The translations under genes and the position numbers were made by a program. From a virus, in IMG/VR virus record IMGVR_UViG_3300046534_001374, positions 1 through 64,000 of that record: a stretch of DNA of 64,000 nucleotides, one strand, 5' to 3'. The notes beneath the pieces are model-generated. The model saw only the letters and a program-made list of their open reading frames with translations. It did no database searches and was not told the origin of the DNA. This document shows positions 10,168 to 19,553 of this stretch, piece after piece. The stretch's first letter is position 1; each line of letters begins with the position of its first letter.

Positions 10168-10207
10168 ATTGAAATTGGTATTGATTAGATATACTCCATC
10201 GTTTATG
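10076..10207 (+). mobile_element. Integron attC site 3 (divergent)
   Basis: R'' TAGCGAAC complements GTTCGCTA at the start of cassette 2; GCAGTATCTAACTCACTACC pairs with GGTATTGATTAGATATAC; R' GTTTATG. Confidence 0.8.
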
Positions 10208-10215
10208 GATTTAAA

Positions 10216-10632
10216 CTACAACATAGTCGGTTCATCGTCAACAACAAACTTTTCCTTTTTCTTAAAAGATTTGTTGTATGTCATAAAAGTTGACTTCAGT
10301 TGTTCGTTATTGAATTTGGGGTTGCCGTCTGCATCTTTTCGTTTGATAGCCTCTCGGAATATCTTGTCACCACGTTCCAATGAGTTAATCAAAGACTGAT
10401 CAACTTTCTGGAACACCCATTGGTGCAAAGTGGCCGATGGTTCCGTTACGGGGTTGTCATGGATCTCTTTAATTTCGACAACCGCAATCTCATGGTCAAC
10501 CCGAACCAAACCATAATCCTGTGGCTCAAAATCTAAACGAGTTTTATATGTATAGATATTACCGCCACCAAAATCAACAGAAACGGTTTTAATGGTTGGG
10601 TCTAATCTGGATTGAATATAATCAGCACTCAT
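10216..10632 (-). CDS. Hypothetical protein
   Basis: 138-aa ORF downstream of the rII genes. Confidence 0.7.
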   Translation of the reverse strand: MSADYIQSRLDPTIKTVSVDFGGGNIYTYKTRLDFEPQDYGLVRVDHEIAVVEIKEIHDNPVTEPSATLHQWVFQKVDQSLINSLERGDKIFREAIKRKDADGNPKFNNEQLKSTFMTYNKSFKKKEKFVVDDEPTML

Positions 10633-10807
10633 CTAAATCTAGAATATCCCTATCTTCTAAGGAATCAAGTTCTAAATCATCTTCTTCAGTTATATCATCT
10701 ATATCCGAAGCATGGCTCGTATAGCTGCAATCGGAGCAGCCAATTATGCTGCCACTCATCTTCAATGTGGATGAGTGGCAGCAAGGGCATTTGGATAACA
10801 TTAACAT
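10622..10807 (-). CDS. Small zinc-ribbon protein with acidic tail
   Basis: CPCC...CSDC motifs. Confidence 0.55.
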   Translation of the reverse strand: MLMLSKCPCCHSSTLKMSGSIIGCSDCSYTSHASDIDDITEEDDLELDSLEDRDILDLDEC

Positions 10808-10815
10808 ACCGTTAC

Positions 10816-11859
10816 TTATCGGAATCGGATGATCGACTTTCCCGTTGAATTAGCGTTAAATTCAAGAACGAAGTCAACACCATTTGAAGGTAGGTGATTA
10901 ATGATATTCAACACGGTCAGAATCGGTGGAGTCTTAGGTGAGAAGGAGCTTTGGATCTGTTTAAGAGTCACAGATTCCACACCATCCTCGATTTTGTTAT
11001 TAAGGTAACTTTGAACCTTAACTTCATCAGTCTCTCTAATTTCAGCAGTCTCTCTAATTTCAGCACAAGAGTCTTCGACACCGTTGTCTTCAACTTTGAC
11101 TTGTGGCTCGACAATTTCTTCGGAGAAGTTATCAACCACTTCGTATCGACAAACCCGAACTTTCTGACAGTTACAATCATTTGGAACTGAGACAACATCG
11201 CGAGGATCGATCTTACAGATAAGAAGTTTGGAATCATTATACCCGAAACCTTTAGCATAATCCAGTGAACCGACATGCAATCCAGTTGAACAGTGAACCG
11301 AGAGGTTGTCATCAACTTCGTCGCGAGGAACTGCAATAACAGCACCAACCTCGTTCAAGATATGTCCATCATCATCAACTTCACCACTAGTAACAGTGAC
11401 CTTAGTATTTCCGTGGTGTGAATAGCCATTGCCCTTCACGGATTTGTAGGCCAAGAAATGACCATCTTCAGTAATAGGGAGCTGTTTATATGAAAGGAAT
11501 TCGTAAAGCTCGCTAACCGAATTTTCAGATTCATTCTCAAGAAGATTCTCCAAGAAGTTTTTCATTCCGTCCAGATTAGGAAATCCGCCGTCAATTAGGG
11601 CTTCAATAGTCTCAACCAAGACACCGTGCAGTTTTACCCCGTTGAATAAAATCCCTTCATCCTCAAATACCAATCCGCTGGTATCAATCTCTGTCTCTCG
11701 GTGTTTGCGACCGTCTAGGAGAGATAAGAATTTAGCTTCGTCATCCCCGTCAAGGATTTCTTGAATTGGGCCAATATTAATATGGTCATTGGGAACTGCG
11801 TATTGCGTTCCATCCTCTAGCCATACTAGGGTGCGTTCGTTAATATAAATGTTTTTCAT
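10816..11859 (-). CDS. rIIB: rIIB-like protein
   Basis: LYEFL...LPITEDGHFLAYK, CSTGLHVG and IDPRDVVSVP...KVRVCRY motifs; adjacent to rIIA. Confidence 0.9.
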   Translation of the reverse strand: MKNIYINERTLVWLEDGTQYAVPNDHINIGPIQEILDGDDEAKFLSLLDGRKHRETEIDTSGLVFEDEGILFNGVKLHGVLVETIEALIDGGFPNLDGMKNFLENLLENESENSVSELYEFLSYKQLPITEDGHFLAYKSVKGNGYSHHGNTKVTVTSGEVDDDGHILNEVGAVIAVPRDEVDDNLSVHCSTGLHVGSLDYAKGFGYNDSKLLICKIDPRDVVSVPNDCNCQKVRVCRYEVVDNFSEEIVEPQVKVEDNGVEDSCAEIRETAEIRETDEVKVQSYLNNKIEDGVESVTLKQIQSSFSPKTPPILTVLNIINHLPSNGVDFVLEFNANSTGKSIIRFR

Positions 11860-11863
11860 TTTG

Positions 11864-13789
11864 TTATAGTTTTTCGATTGTTTCGATAATTTGCTTCTTC
11901 ACTTTTGGAGGGACTAGAAACTCACAGTATTGTAAGAGTTTACATGCAGCCCCTAGTAGGGTATCCCTGCGGATGAGATCATGCACCTTCTTGGCTTTTT
12001 TGTCAAGATGTATCTCAATCTTTTCGGTAATAAATGCTTGAGCAACTTGAGCCTCCAAGGAAACCCGCTTTCCCTCAAAGAGTTTTTTATCGAAACAGTT
12101 TTGAATAGGCAAAGGCAATGTTGTAAAATAAGTTCCTTTGGAGTTAATTTCGATTTCTTTTTTATAATGGTTGGCGTTGTCCTTGATCCATTTGTCAATA
12201 TGGACGAATCCTTGTTTTTTCGCGAAAGCTTCTGCCCGTTTCGTATCGGCTACAAATACACCGATTCCGCGATAACTCTTATTACGGATTTCTGTATCTG
12301 TTGCCCAAGCAATAAATCCACCAGATGGCAAATCACCATAGGTATCGACCCATCGTTGTTCGGTGAGGTATGAATAATTTTTATTACCAGACAATCTAGC
12401 CCTAAGAGTCCGCTGGCTCGCGTCTCTGACCTGCCGTGGAGCTTTCGGCCAGTCGTAATCGCGAAGATCCAAAACAAGCTCACGGACGCTCTCATCGATC
12501 TCATCAGGAGAACGATTCCCTTTAATAAACAGACATCTCTTTGTCAGAATGTTGAAGGTTTTTTCGAAATGGCAAAGCTTTTTATCCCCGAAAGCTTTTT
12601 CTCCAATGATTACAATATGCTCCCAAATATTATGGTCGTATATGTTTTTACTGTGAGGCACAAGCCGCTTATTTGTAGACCAAGACTTAGACATTTCTTC
12701 GTAGAAACTAGAATTAATTTTCATGAACTCTAGAGGATTATCTAGAACGATATGCTCTTTGATTTTTTTTGGTCTGAACCAACCGTTACCTTGGGGTAGC
12801 TCGCCTTGATCTGAAAGGAAGATATCCAGAGGGGTTGGGTCTGCGGCAAACTCTTTAATAAGATCGTCAATGTATTGGACAATAACCGCTTCGACCTTGT
12901 CCATAAAGATCCTAGTCTTTTGGGTATGTTTAATACTTTCCCGAGAAATCGCCAAATCGATGGAACCAATAGGAACATCAACAATAATTTTAGCGTTGAT
13001 TTGTTTTCGGATCTCGGGGAAATGATAGTAATAACAAACTGGTCCCATTTTTACAGACGCATGGTCCATATACGAGTTTTCATGAATCTTGAACGGAACT
13101 TTATAGCCTTCGACCGTAACTTCGTGCTCGCAAAGTATATCTTTAAATGTCAAATCAACAGACGTCCATTCATCATCAAAATGTTGGAAATCGATATTTG
13201 CAAATGTTGCAACGAAGAAATGCTTTGCAGTTTGAAGAAAATTATGGTAATCACCTTCTTTGATTGGAATTGTGATTTCAATACCAGATGGTTCATCACA
13301 AAAGTCTTCCGAAATCAGGTTAGCGGTAGGGACACTACAACCATCAACATCTTCCAAGATGAAAGCGTAGATACTTTTGACCCCATCATGGATAGATACT
13401 CCAGTGAATGAGTCTGAATAACTGAACGCTGCCGAAGAGCCAATTCCAAAACAACCCGCTTGAGTATTATCATCCCGCTTTCCAGACATTCCAAGTTGAC
13501 CAAAGATTTTGAACATAGGATCTTTGGCAAGACCGAGACCAAAATCCCTGATTCTCAGTTCGGTTTTATCCAAACGAACTTCAACAGGTCGAGTAATTCC
13601 GAGCTTGATATGCTCATCTAGAGCATTGGTGGTGTATTCGCGAATACTTGCTAAAATACTATCTGAGTAAATCCCATCTCGTAGATATCCAGCGATTTGG
13701 TTAACGCTCTCTGGAGCGACGCCCATAGTGTGACGTTCAAATTCTTGTGAACGAACCACAGTGTGATTATTGGAAGGTAGCTTTTGCAT
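11864..13789 (-). CDS. rIIA: rIIA-like protein (GHKL ATPase N-terminus)
   Basis: IYSD...IREYTTNALD, IRDFGLGL and GCFGIGS motifs. Confidence 0.9.
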   Translation of the reverse strand: MQKLPSNNHTVVRSQEFERHTMGVAPESVNQIAGYLRDGIYSDSILASIREYTTNALDEHIKLGITRPVEVRLDKTELRIRDFGLGLAKDPMFKIFGQLGMSGKRDDNTQAGCFGIGSSAAFSYSDSFTGVSIHDGVKSIYAFILEDVDGCSVPTANLISEDFCDEPSGIEITIPIKEGDYHNFLQTAKHFFVATFANIDFQHFDDEWTSVDLTFKDILCEHEVTVEGYKVPFKIHENSYMDHASVKMGPVCYYYHFPEIRKQINAKIIVDVPIGSIDLAISRESIKHTQKTRIFMDKVEAVIVQYIDDLIKEFAADPTPLDIFLSDQGELPQGNGWFRPKKIKEHIVLDNPLEFMKINSSFYEEMSKSWSTNKRLVPHSKNIYDHNIWEHIVIIGEKAFGDKKLCHFEKTFNILTKRCLFIKGNRSPDEIDESVRELVLDLRDYDWPKAPRQVRDASQRTLRARLSGNKNYSYLTEQRWVDTYGDLPSGGFIAWATDTEIRNKSYRGIGVFVADTKRAEAFAKKQGFVHIDKWIKDNANHYKKEIEINSKGTYFTTLPLPIQNCFDKKLFEGKRVSLEAQVAQAFITEKIEIHLDKKAKKVHDLIRRDTLLGAACKLLQYCEFLVPPKVKKQIIETIEKL

Positions 13790-13849
13790 AACGACGAGAT
13801 ATTAGTTTATTTTTTAGTTTAAGTCAAGGTTTATTTTAAACAATACACT

Positions 13850-14095
13850 TTAACGCTGTAGTGAATTGAAGCGACCAGCCTTATCCACCCAACATGCAAA
13901 TATTTCAGTGAGTGGAACATAAGGACTGAAGAAGTTCTTGTAGACTTCGTATGGTTCCTCGTCCTTATCGAAGGCTTCCGCGTGAGCAAGGCTTCTCCGA
14001 CCAGATCTGAGATCTGTTACCCACACCGCGAGGGGCAACCTACCCTCTTCGAGAGTGACTGTCTTGAACTCCGACCAATTGAATTTCTTTTTCAT
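13850..14095 (-). CDS. Hypothetical protein
   Basis: 81-aa ORF with upstream TTGACT promoter-like sequence. Confidence 0.6.
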   Translation of the reverse strand: MKKKFNWSEFKTVTLEEGRLPLAVWVTDLRSGRRSLAHAEAFDKDEEPYEVYKNFFSPYVPLTEIFACWVDKAGRFNSLQR

Positions 14096-14112
14096 AACGA
14101 AAAGACCTTAAC

Positions 14113-14403
14113 TCATTTTTCATTTTGAGTCAAGGTCTTTTCGTAATTTTTTAAGGTATCGTCACAGTAGGGGCGATTGCACTCGGAACATGCTTTGGTA
14201 ATATGGCAAGCATCGCAGCCGTAAGAACAGTAGCAACCCCATTCGACGATATTGCCGTGGCAACATTCTTTAAAGTGGAGAAGTTTAGCCTCGAAAAGTT
14301 TTTTCTTTTTGGCTTTACTTTTCTCCTTTCTTTTGGTGTGCTTCTCTTTTTGTAGGGGTGACATTTTGTCCCACCTCTTTTTAAATTTCTGTTGTGGTGA
14401 CAC
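14113..14403 (-). CDS. Basic, Cys-rich hypothetical protein
   Basis: 96-aa ORF with multiple CxxC pairs. Confidence 0.55.
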   Translation of the reverse strand: MSPQQKFKKRWDKMSPLQKEKHTKRKEKSKAKKKKLFEAKLLHFKECCHGNIVEWGCYCSYGCDACHITKACSECNRPYCDDTLKNYEKTLTQNEK

Positions 14404-14832
14404 CTAATCAAGTAGCTTTAGATTTAGTTCTTTGAACCAGTTGCTGTCAGTAAATTTTTTAACTTTTTCTTTGGTCATATGCTTAACATCTTGGAACCTC
14501 ACATAAAACTTGGAGTTCAAATAAAAGTCAACACAATTTTCGTAACTCAAACCAAATTTTCTTCTCATTTCTCCATGCATCACCATTTCCTCGGTCCACA
14601 TGACGACTTCTCCATTTAGTATGTTGAAGATTCCTCTAATTGGAGGTAAGCCGTATTTAATATCGTGCTTCTCTTTATACATCTTTATAACGTATAAAAT
14701 TTCTTTAGATGTCGGGTTCTTAAAAATAGTTTGTGTGGCAGGAGTGGCATCAGCATTCCAACCCGATCTGTAATCCTCTATTACTTCTTCTGATAATATT
14801 TTATTGATAAGTTCTTCGAATTTTGTAACCAT
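14404..14832 (-). CDS. Putative internal head protein
   Basis: N-terminus MVTKFEELINKILSE; TAATTA-N5-ATG upstream. Confidence 0.55.
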   Translation of the reverse strand: MVTKFEELINKILSEEVIEDYRSGWNADATPATQTIFKNPTSKEILYVIKMYKEKHDIKYGLPPIRGIFNILNGEVVMWTEEMVMHGEMRRKFGLSYENCVDFYLNSKFYVRFQDVKHMTKEKVKKFTDSNWFKELNLKLLD

Positions 14833-14864
14833 GTTTATAATTACAAAATGGGGTTTACCTCTTT

Positions 14865-15758
14865 CTAAAATCGCTGCTGTATGCCACCATCAATAAAATG
14901 TAATCTCAACATTACGTCAAGTGCTAAAATATAATTCCTACCATATTGCCCGTTCTCCAAATCTTTAAGGAGAAATTTAGGAAGGTCATAATCGTTTTTG
15001 GCGGTTAGCCATACGGGATATTTAAAAATCCCGTTTGCAATTGAAGCTACTGAATCAGTATCCCCAGTTAAGGCTACCGAGTTAGTCAAGATTTCATTCC
15101 TGCTGTAGGAGTGTGACAGAACCGTGATAACTCCAGCAACGGTTTCGTATGCATCACAACCAACCTTCTTGATCCAAGAAGAAGAGAATTCCATTCCGAT
15201 ATGCTTCTTTAAAAATTTAACATGACCGTCTTCGTTAATAAAATTATAACCTAACGGATTAGTTCTGAGAGAGTAGTGTGAAAGCAAAGCAACTGCTTGT
15301 GAACTAAGAATACCAATAGGTGTGTCGTGAGTAACTTTGGCTTGCATCTCGGCCTTATGGAGTAGCTCGTCGATATCTTCGATATATCCCAAAGGGACTG
15401 AGCGCATTGCAGCACCATTCCTCATGCTTTTTGGTTTGATCTTTTCAAGGAATTCTTCCCCGTCTTCAACCTCCTCCAAGAGAGCTTGAAACCCCCTAGC
15501 ATAGCCGTCTCTTGGATCTCTCTTAAACACGTCAACGAATTTCTGTGCAATGAGTTCAGGGGTCCATTCAGACTCATCAATCAACAGCTCCGCAATGGCT
15601 AAAGACATCTGAGTGTCGTCGGTGTATTGACCTCCTTCAAGGTCACTCGTTGGGTGAGCATAATATCGTTCAAGCGTATTATTTTTCTCTACTATTTTAG
15701 GATCGACAAATTCGAAACCAGATCCGTAGGCATCACCTATAGCTATATCTATTAACAT
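14865..15758 (-). CDS. ADP-ribosylglycohydrolase
   Basis: AIGDAYG, YTDDTQM, NGAAMR, TH and GDTDSVA motifs. Confidence 0.93.
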   Translation of the reverse strand: MLIDIAIGDAYGSGFEFVDPKIVEKNNTLERYYAHPTSDLEGGQYTDDTQMSLAIAELLIDESEWTPELIAQKFVDVFKRDPRDGYARGFQALLEEVEDGEEFLEKIKPKSMRNGAAMRSVPLGYIEDIDELLHKAEMQAKVTHDTPIGILSSQAVALLSHYSLRTNPLGYNFINEDGHVKFLKKHIGMEFSSSWIKKVGCDAYETVAGVITVLSHSYSRNEILTNSVALTGDTDSVASIANGIFKYPVWLTAKNDYDLPKFLLKDLENGQYGRNYILALDVMLRLHFIDGGIQQRF

Positions 15759-15892
15759 GGGGCATTGCCAAGGACTCGAACCTTGGACACTTTGGTAGGC
15801 TCAGTGAGTGTTTGACTCCACAGCTCTTGAGAACCCTTTGGGTGACGCGAGTGCCTATCTGTTTCGTGCGTTTACCGTTCCGCTACAATGCC
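15758..15892 (-). ncRNA. tRNA-like RNA with a multi-stem insert in place of the anticodon arm
   Basis: Acceptor GGCATTG/CAATGCC plus CCA, D arm, T arm CCAAGG-TTCGAGT-CCTTGG; ~75-nt internal domain; no canonical anticodon loop. Confidence 0.75.
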
Positions 15893-15910
15893 ATTAACTT
15901 CGTATATTAT

Positions 15911-16147
15911 TTAAATAAGGTGTAGCCAAAATTCTTCACCACTTTCTTCATGTGCCAACATCACCGACTCACCCAACTCCCTAGGTCTAACTTGTAGGTC
16001 TTTTGATTGGCATCGCCCTAGTTCCAAATACCCTGCTTTGGGTTTATCGTTTTCAAAATTCCATGACTCTGCATTGGAGAATCCAACACGACCACAATAT
16101 TTATTGTAGGTAAAATTAATCGAGGGGGTCTGTTTTGTTTCGGACAT
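15911..16147 (-). CDS. Hypothetical protein
   Basis: 78-aa ORF with upstream TTGACA promoter-like sequence. Confidence 0.6.
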   Translation of the reverse strand: MSETKQTPSINFTYNKYCGRVGFSNAESWNFENDKPKAGYLELGRCQSKDLQVRPRELGESVMLAHEESGEEFWLHLI

Positions 16148-16184
16148 ACGGTCAAATTGCCATAGGGAAAAGTTTTTGTCAAGA

Positions 16185-16742
16185 TCAAAGTCCGAAAGAA
16201 GTGGTCTTCTTCATATCCGCATCCGAATACACGATTTTCTCCACTTCAAAATCGGACTGTTCAAAATCTTTAAACATGTCAACATATTTCTTTCCTTTAC
16301 CTTTCTTAATATAGGCTATGGTGCAATGAGGATGAAAATCATCGTAATCATTTTCATATTCGAAATCTTTCCTCAGAGACTTATTAACATCTGTTAGAAA
16401 ACCTTCCTTCTTCATATCGATCTTCAAAACATCGTATTCATTTTCGAAAAGCGAAATGCCATCTAAAGAAAGATGCTCTGGGATATCGTATTCTTCGATA
16501 TGATTAATAATATCTTTGGGATCTGGATCATTAATGAATCCATATAGAAGAGTGACATGCGGTTCAGTCTCCAAACCAAAATCACCGTCTTTTATATAAA
16601 GATCGTCTTCTTCGATTTTATCCTGAAGTTGTTTTAGAACGCTGGGTTTAAAAAAAATCATGGCGCATCCTTTGGAAACGTTTTCTCTTTCTAACAAAAG
16701 TGTTTCGGTTAATAGGTCCAGAGCTTTATCAAATTCGGTCAT
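16185..16742 (-). CDS. 2H phosphoesterase, Acb1/T4 gp57B-like (putative anti-CBASS nuclease)
   Basis: Two HxT motifs (PHVTLLYG, PHCTIAY); beside a tRNA region as 57B is in T4. Confidence 0.75.
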   Translation of the reverse strand: MTEFDKALDLLTETLLLERENVSKGCAMIFFKPSVLKQLQDKIEEDDLYIKDGDFGLETEPHVTLLYGFINDPDPKDIINHIEEYDIPEHLSLDGISLFENEYDVLKIDMKKEGFLTDVNKSLRKDFEYENDYDDFHPHCTIAYIKKGKGKKYVDMFKDFEQSDFEVEKIVYSDADMKKTTSFGL

Positions 16743-16790
16743 CTATATAGTTAGTCCCTCGAAAGAGTTATACAATCCATAATTAATAGT

Positions 16791-17459
16791 ATGGATTTGG
16801 TTTTTTCTGCAAATTGCGGTCTATGTAATAGACTAAGGGCTATAGTGACGTTTAAAAATTTGTATACTGGCCCATTTTTTATTTATTGGAAACAAGACGA
16901 AGCTTGTAACGGATATTTCTCCGAAGTATTTAATGCAATAGAAGGGCACCCTATTCTTGAAAACATACACCCCAAGGATTTAGATAATATGAATCTCATT
17001 GATAACGGTTGTAACCCGTTTCTAGATTACCCAGATCTAGGGTATGATGTTTTTAAGATGTTCGAACCAAATGATTCGGTATTAAAAGCTATAGAAGATT
17101 TAAAATTGCCCGATAAATATGATGCAATACATTTGAGAGGGACAGATCGTAGTGGATGGGCAGAAATTAAGAATGAGGAATTGGTGGGATTGGTGGATAA
17201 TAGCGAACATCCTATTTTTATTGCCACTGATGATATTAAAAAATATGAGGAGTGTGTTAATCTTTTTGGCGACAGAATCATTAAGTCCGGTTTCAAACCA
17301 CTGGATGGATTGAGGCAAACTACACTCAAGAGAGCGGTTGTTGATTTGTTTGTTTGTGTGAACTCTGAAAACTTCTCAGGGTCTACGGGTAGTAGCTTTT
17401 CGGGTCAGATTGAATTTATGAAAACTTATAAAGAAAATTATGAAAAGTATAAAATATAA
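16791..17459 (+). CDS. Fucosyltransferase-like GT-B enzyme (NodZ/O-FucT-like)
   Basis: GLCNRL, AIHLRGTD, FIATDD and DLF...GSSFS motifs. Confidence 0.8.
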   Translation: MDLVFSANCGLCNRLRAIVTFKNLYTGPFFIYWKQDEACNGYFSEVFNAIEGHPILENIHPKDLDNMNLIDNGCNPFLDYPDLGYDVFKMFEPNDSVLKAIEDLKLPDKYDAIHLRGTDRSGWAEIKNEELVGLVDNSEHPIFIATDDIKKYEECVNLFGDRIIKSGFKPLDGLRQTTLKRAVVDLFVCVNSENFSGSTGSSFSGQIEFMKTYKENYEKYKI

Positions 17460-17778
17460 GAACTCTATAGTTGCTGCTAACTAGTTCTGCGTTTGTTGGA
17501 TTTCATATTACAAAATTTAGGGGTTTCCTTCAGATGTATAACCGCCTTGTTGAAAAATTTTATTCAAAGTCTTCTGCCCACCTTCGACAAACCAAGAAGA
17601 TAGGTCGCTTCTTTGGTGCAACACTGAGGACTTTAACCTCAGATATGGAGTTTAGGCACACTCCTACCCGTCTGTTACGACTGTAAATTTCGGTGTCTTT
17701 CGATCCTACTAATTCCTATAAGGTGCGTTACGTTACGCCATGTTGCATTATTAGACATTACCATGTTTAAATGGATTG

Positions 17779-18030
17779 TCAAGGTTTAAATATTTTATTC
17801 CAACCGTTTTTGGAAAAATTCTCGATCCAACCTCGTTCTGGAATGGTGACTTCACAAATAGCTTCCCTGCCCATTTCTTCTGGATCTGGGGCTATAGCTA
17901 CAACTCCACCTGTATCATAAACCCAAATAAATATCTCACCCTCAAAAGTTGCTACGCAGCAATCTCCACCTTCCTGTAGAGTTTGATATGGGAGGTCTAT
18001 AAACCATTTAGGTAGGTCTTTTGTTGTCAT
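17779..18030 (-). CDS. Hypothetical protein
   Basis: 83-aa ORF overlapping the upstream stop codon. Confidence 0.6.
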   Translation of the reverse strand: MTTKDLPKWFIDLPYQTLQEGGDCCVATFEGEIFIWVYDTGGVVAIAPDPEEMGREAICEVTIPERGWIENFSKNGWNKIFKP

Positions 18031-18227
18031 AATTTAACTGTTTTCATTACTGTTTTCGGTATATACGGTAGATATACAATACCCACACCATCATAGTCTG
18101 GATTAACTCGGCATTTATAATCCAACATTGTGTAACCTTTATCGTTACCCGTTGCAATTGGAAGGTTAATGTTTATTGTTGGCAGCAATGGTGCCAACAA
18201 AGAGTGTATCCAATTTCTTCTTGTCAT
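18027..18227 (-). CDS. Small protein with a segment resembling the gp23 major capsid protein C-terminus
   Basis: GYTMLDYK...GVGIVYLPYIP resembles the gp23 YxxxGYKG...AGIYYxPY region; MTRRNW N-terminus. Confidence 0.5.
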   Translation of the reverse strand: MTRRNWIHSLLAPLLPTININLPIATGNDKGYTMLDYKCRVNPDYDGVGIVYLPYIPKTVMKTVKL

Positions 18228-18290
18228 AATTTATACGGGGAAATATACCCCTCGAATTACGCTTTCAAGAAGAGGCGCGAAGGGTTTAAT

Positions 18291-18367
18291 TGGCAGGACC
18301 ACTCAGAATCGAACTGAGACGAGACAGAGTTTTGGAGACTCCCGCTCTACCATTGAGCTATAATCCT
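18291..18367 (-). tRNA. tRNA-Trp(CCA)
   Basis: Cloverleaf; anticodon loop CT-CCA-AA; encoded CCA end. Confidence 0.92.
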
Positions 18368-18368
18368 G

Positions 18369-18656
18369 TTATATTTTTAAAAAGTGGTATTCTTCTATAT
18401 TTCTATGTTCCTCTTCTGTCCAAATATTTTTAAGTCTATAAACATGATTGTTCCAAAAGAAGGGTTTCGCTTCGATCCATTTCTTACTTTCAAATTCGAA
18501 AACTTCTAAAGTCATAGGAGTATCATAAATAGTTTCTGGAACCAAACATTCTCTGAATGCTCTTTTGGTGTTTTGATCCAATTTAACCCAAGGAGTTTTG
18601 TTGGATAACATATCAGGAACCCAATCACACCAACAAGTATATTCTATATCGTTCAT
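18369..18656 (-). CDS. Hypothetical protein
   Basis: 95-aa ORF between tRNA genes. Confidence 0.6.
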   Translation of the reverse strand: MNDIEYTCWCDWVPDMLSNKTPWVKLDQNTKRAFRECLVPETIYDTPMTLEVFEFESKKWIEAKPFFWNNHVYRLKNIWTEEEHRNIEEYHFLKI

Positions 18657-18724
18657 ATTAGGTTATAAATTTATCTGGTCTTATTGGTTTTTTGGCAGGG
18701 ATCATTGACTTGATACAACATATT

Positions 18725-18797
18725 TGGTCAGGCGAGAAGATTCGATACTTCATCTCCCACCTCCAACGGTGGGCGCATTAACTTATGCTATCTCCTG
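18725..18797 (-). tRNA. Atypical tRNA-Pro(TGG)-like
   Basis: C1-G72/A73 acceptor, CCA end, 8-nt anticodon loop CGTTGGAG, short D loop. Confidence 0.6.
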
Positions 18798-18798
18798 A

Positions 18799-18882
18799 AG
18801 GTGCAGCGGGTGGGTAACGCACCCACACAGGCCGAAGCCCACAGATTTACAATCTGCTTATCTCACTTATAACAGCCACTAC
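18799..18882 (-). tRNA. tRNA-Tyr(GTA), atypical D and T loops
   Basis: GCAGA-TTGTAAA-TCTGT arm, long variable arm, ends CCT. Confidence 0.7.
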
Positions 18883-19000
18883 ATGTTCGAGATGGTTATA
18901 TGTCCGGTGACTTATCAGCCAGCCCAACAACAAGCCCCATCTCTATATAACGCATCATACACTCAACCCGATATCAAGTCAAGCACTGTTTTGAATTATT

Positions 19001-19087
19001 TGGTGCAAGAGGAGAGATTCGAACTCTCTATTCCCGAAGGAAGTGGGATTACAATCCACCGCAACACGCCATCGTTGCCGCTCTTAC
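19001..19087 (-). tRNA. tRNA-Tyr(GTA)
   Basis: Loop TT-GTA-AT, long variable arm, TTCGAAT, CCA. Confidence 0.9.
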
Positions 19088-19093
19088 ATATTG

Positions 19094-19288
19094 TTAATGA
19101 TATTCTATGATCTCGTCTTCGTGTAGATCGTAAATCTCAAGATCGGCATATTTTAGTTTTACGTGTTTCTTAAACGATTTTGATCCTTTGAGGTTTTCTA
19201 AAGTGTTGAAATCTGCTACAAAATTTTCCATCCCTCCTGCGGAGGTTTCTTCGTAAGGTAGGCTGAATAACCAGTAGCGTTTCTTCAT
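19094..19288 (-). CDS. Small protein, paralog of 21473..21718
   Basis: KRYWLF...AGGM...F.T.E motif shared; own TTGACA promoter. Confidence 0.7.
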   Translation of the reverse strand: MKKRYWLFSLPYEETSAGGMENFVADFNTLENLKGSKSFKKHVKLKYADLEIYDLHEDEIIEYH

Positions 19289-19331
19289 GTCGTTATAGTA
19301 ACACCGTTTCTCAGGATGTCAATGTTTATTT

Positions 19332-19406
19332 TGGAAGCGCATGAAGGAATCGAACCTTCTTTTTTCGGATCAAAACCGAAAGTAATAACCAGTATACGAA
19401 TGCGCC
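19332..19406 (-). tRNA. tRNA-Gln(TTG)
   Basis: TTCGG-TTTTGAT-CCGAA arm; CCA. Confidence 0.92.
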
Positions 19407-19476
19407 GTATTTTAAAGTTTATAGGGCTGGATACAACATCCGTGCTTCAAAGGAGCATATTAGCTCTCCTATAAAA

Positions 19477-19553
19477 TGGTCACGGCGACAGGAATCGAAC
19501 CTGCGACATCTGAAATCCAAACTCAGCATTCTGCCACTATAATAATCCCCGTG
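19477..19553 (-). tRNA. tRNA-Pro(TGG)
   Basis: CTGAG-TTTGGAT-TTCAG arm; C1-G72, A73; CCA. Confidence 0.85.
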
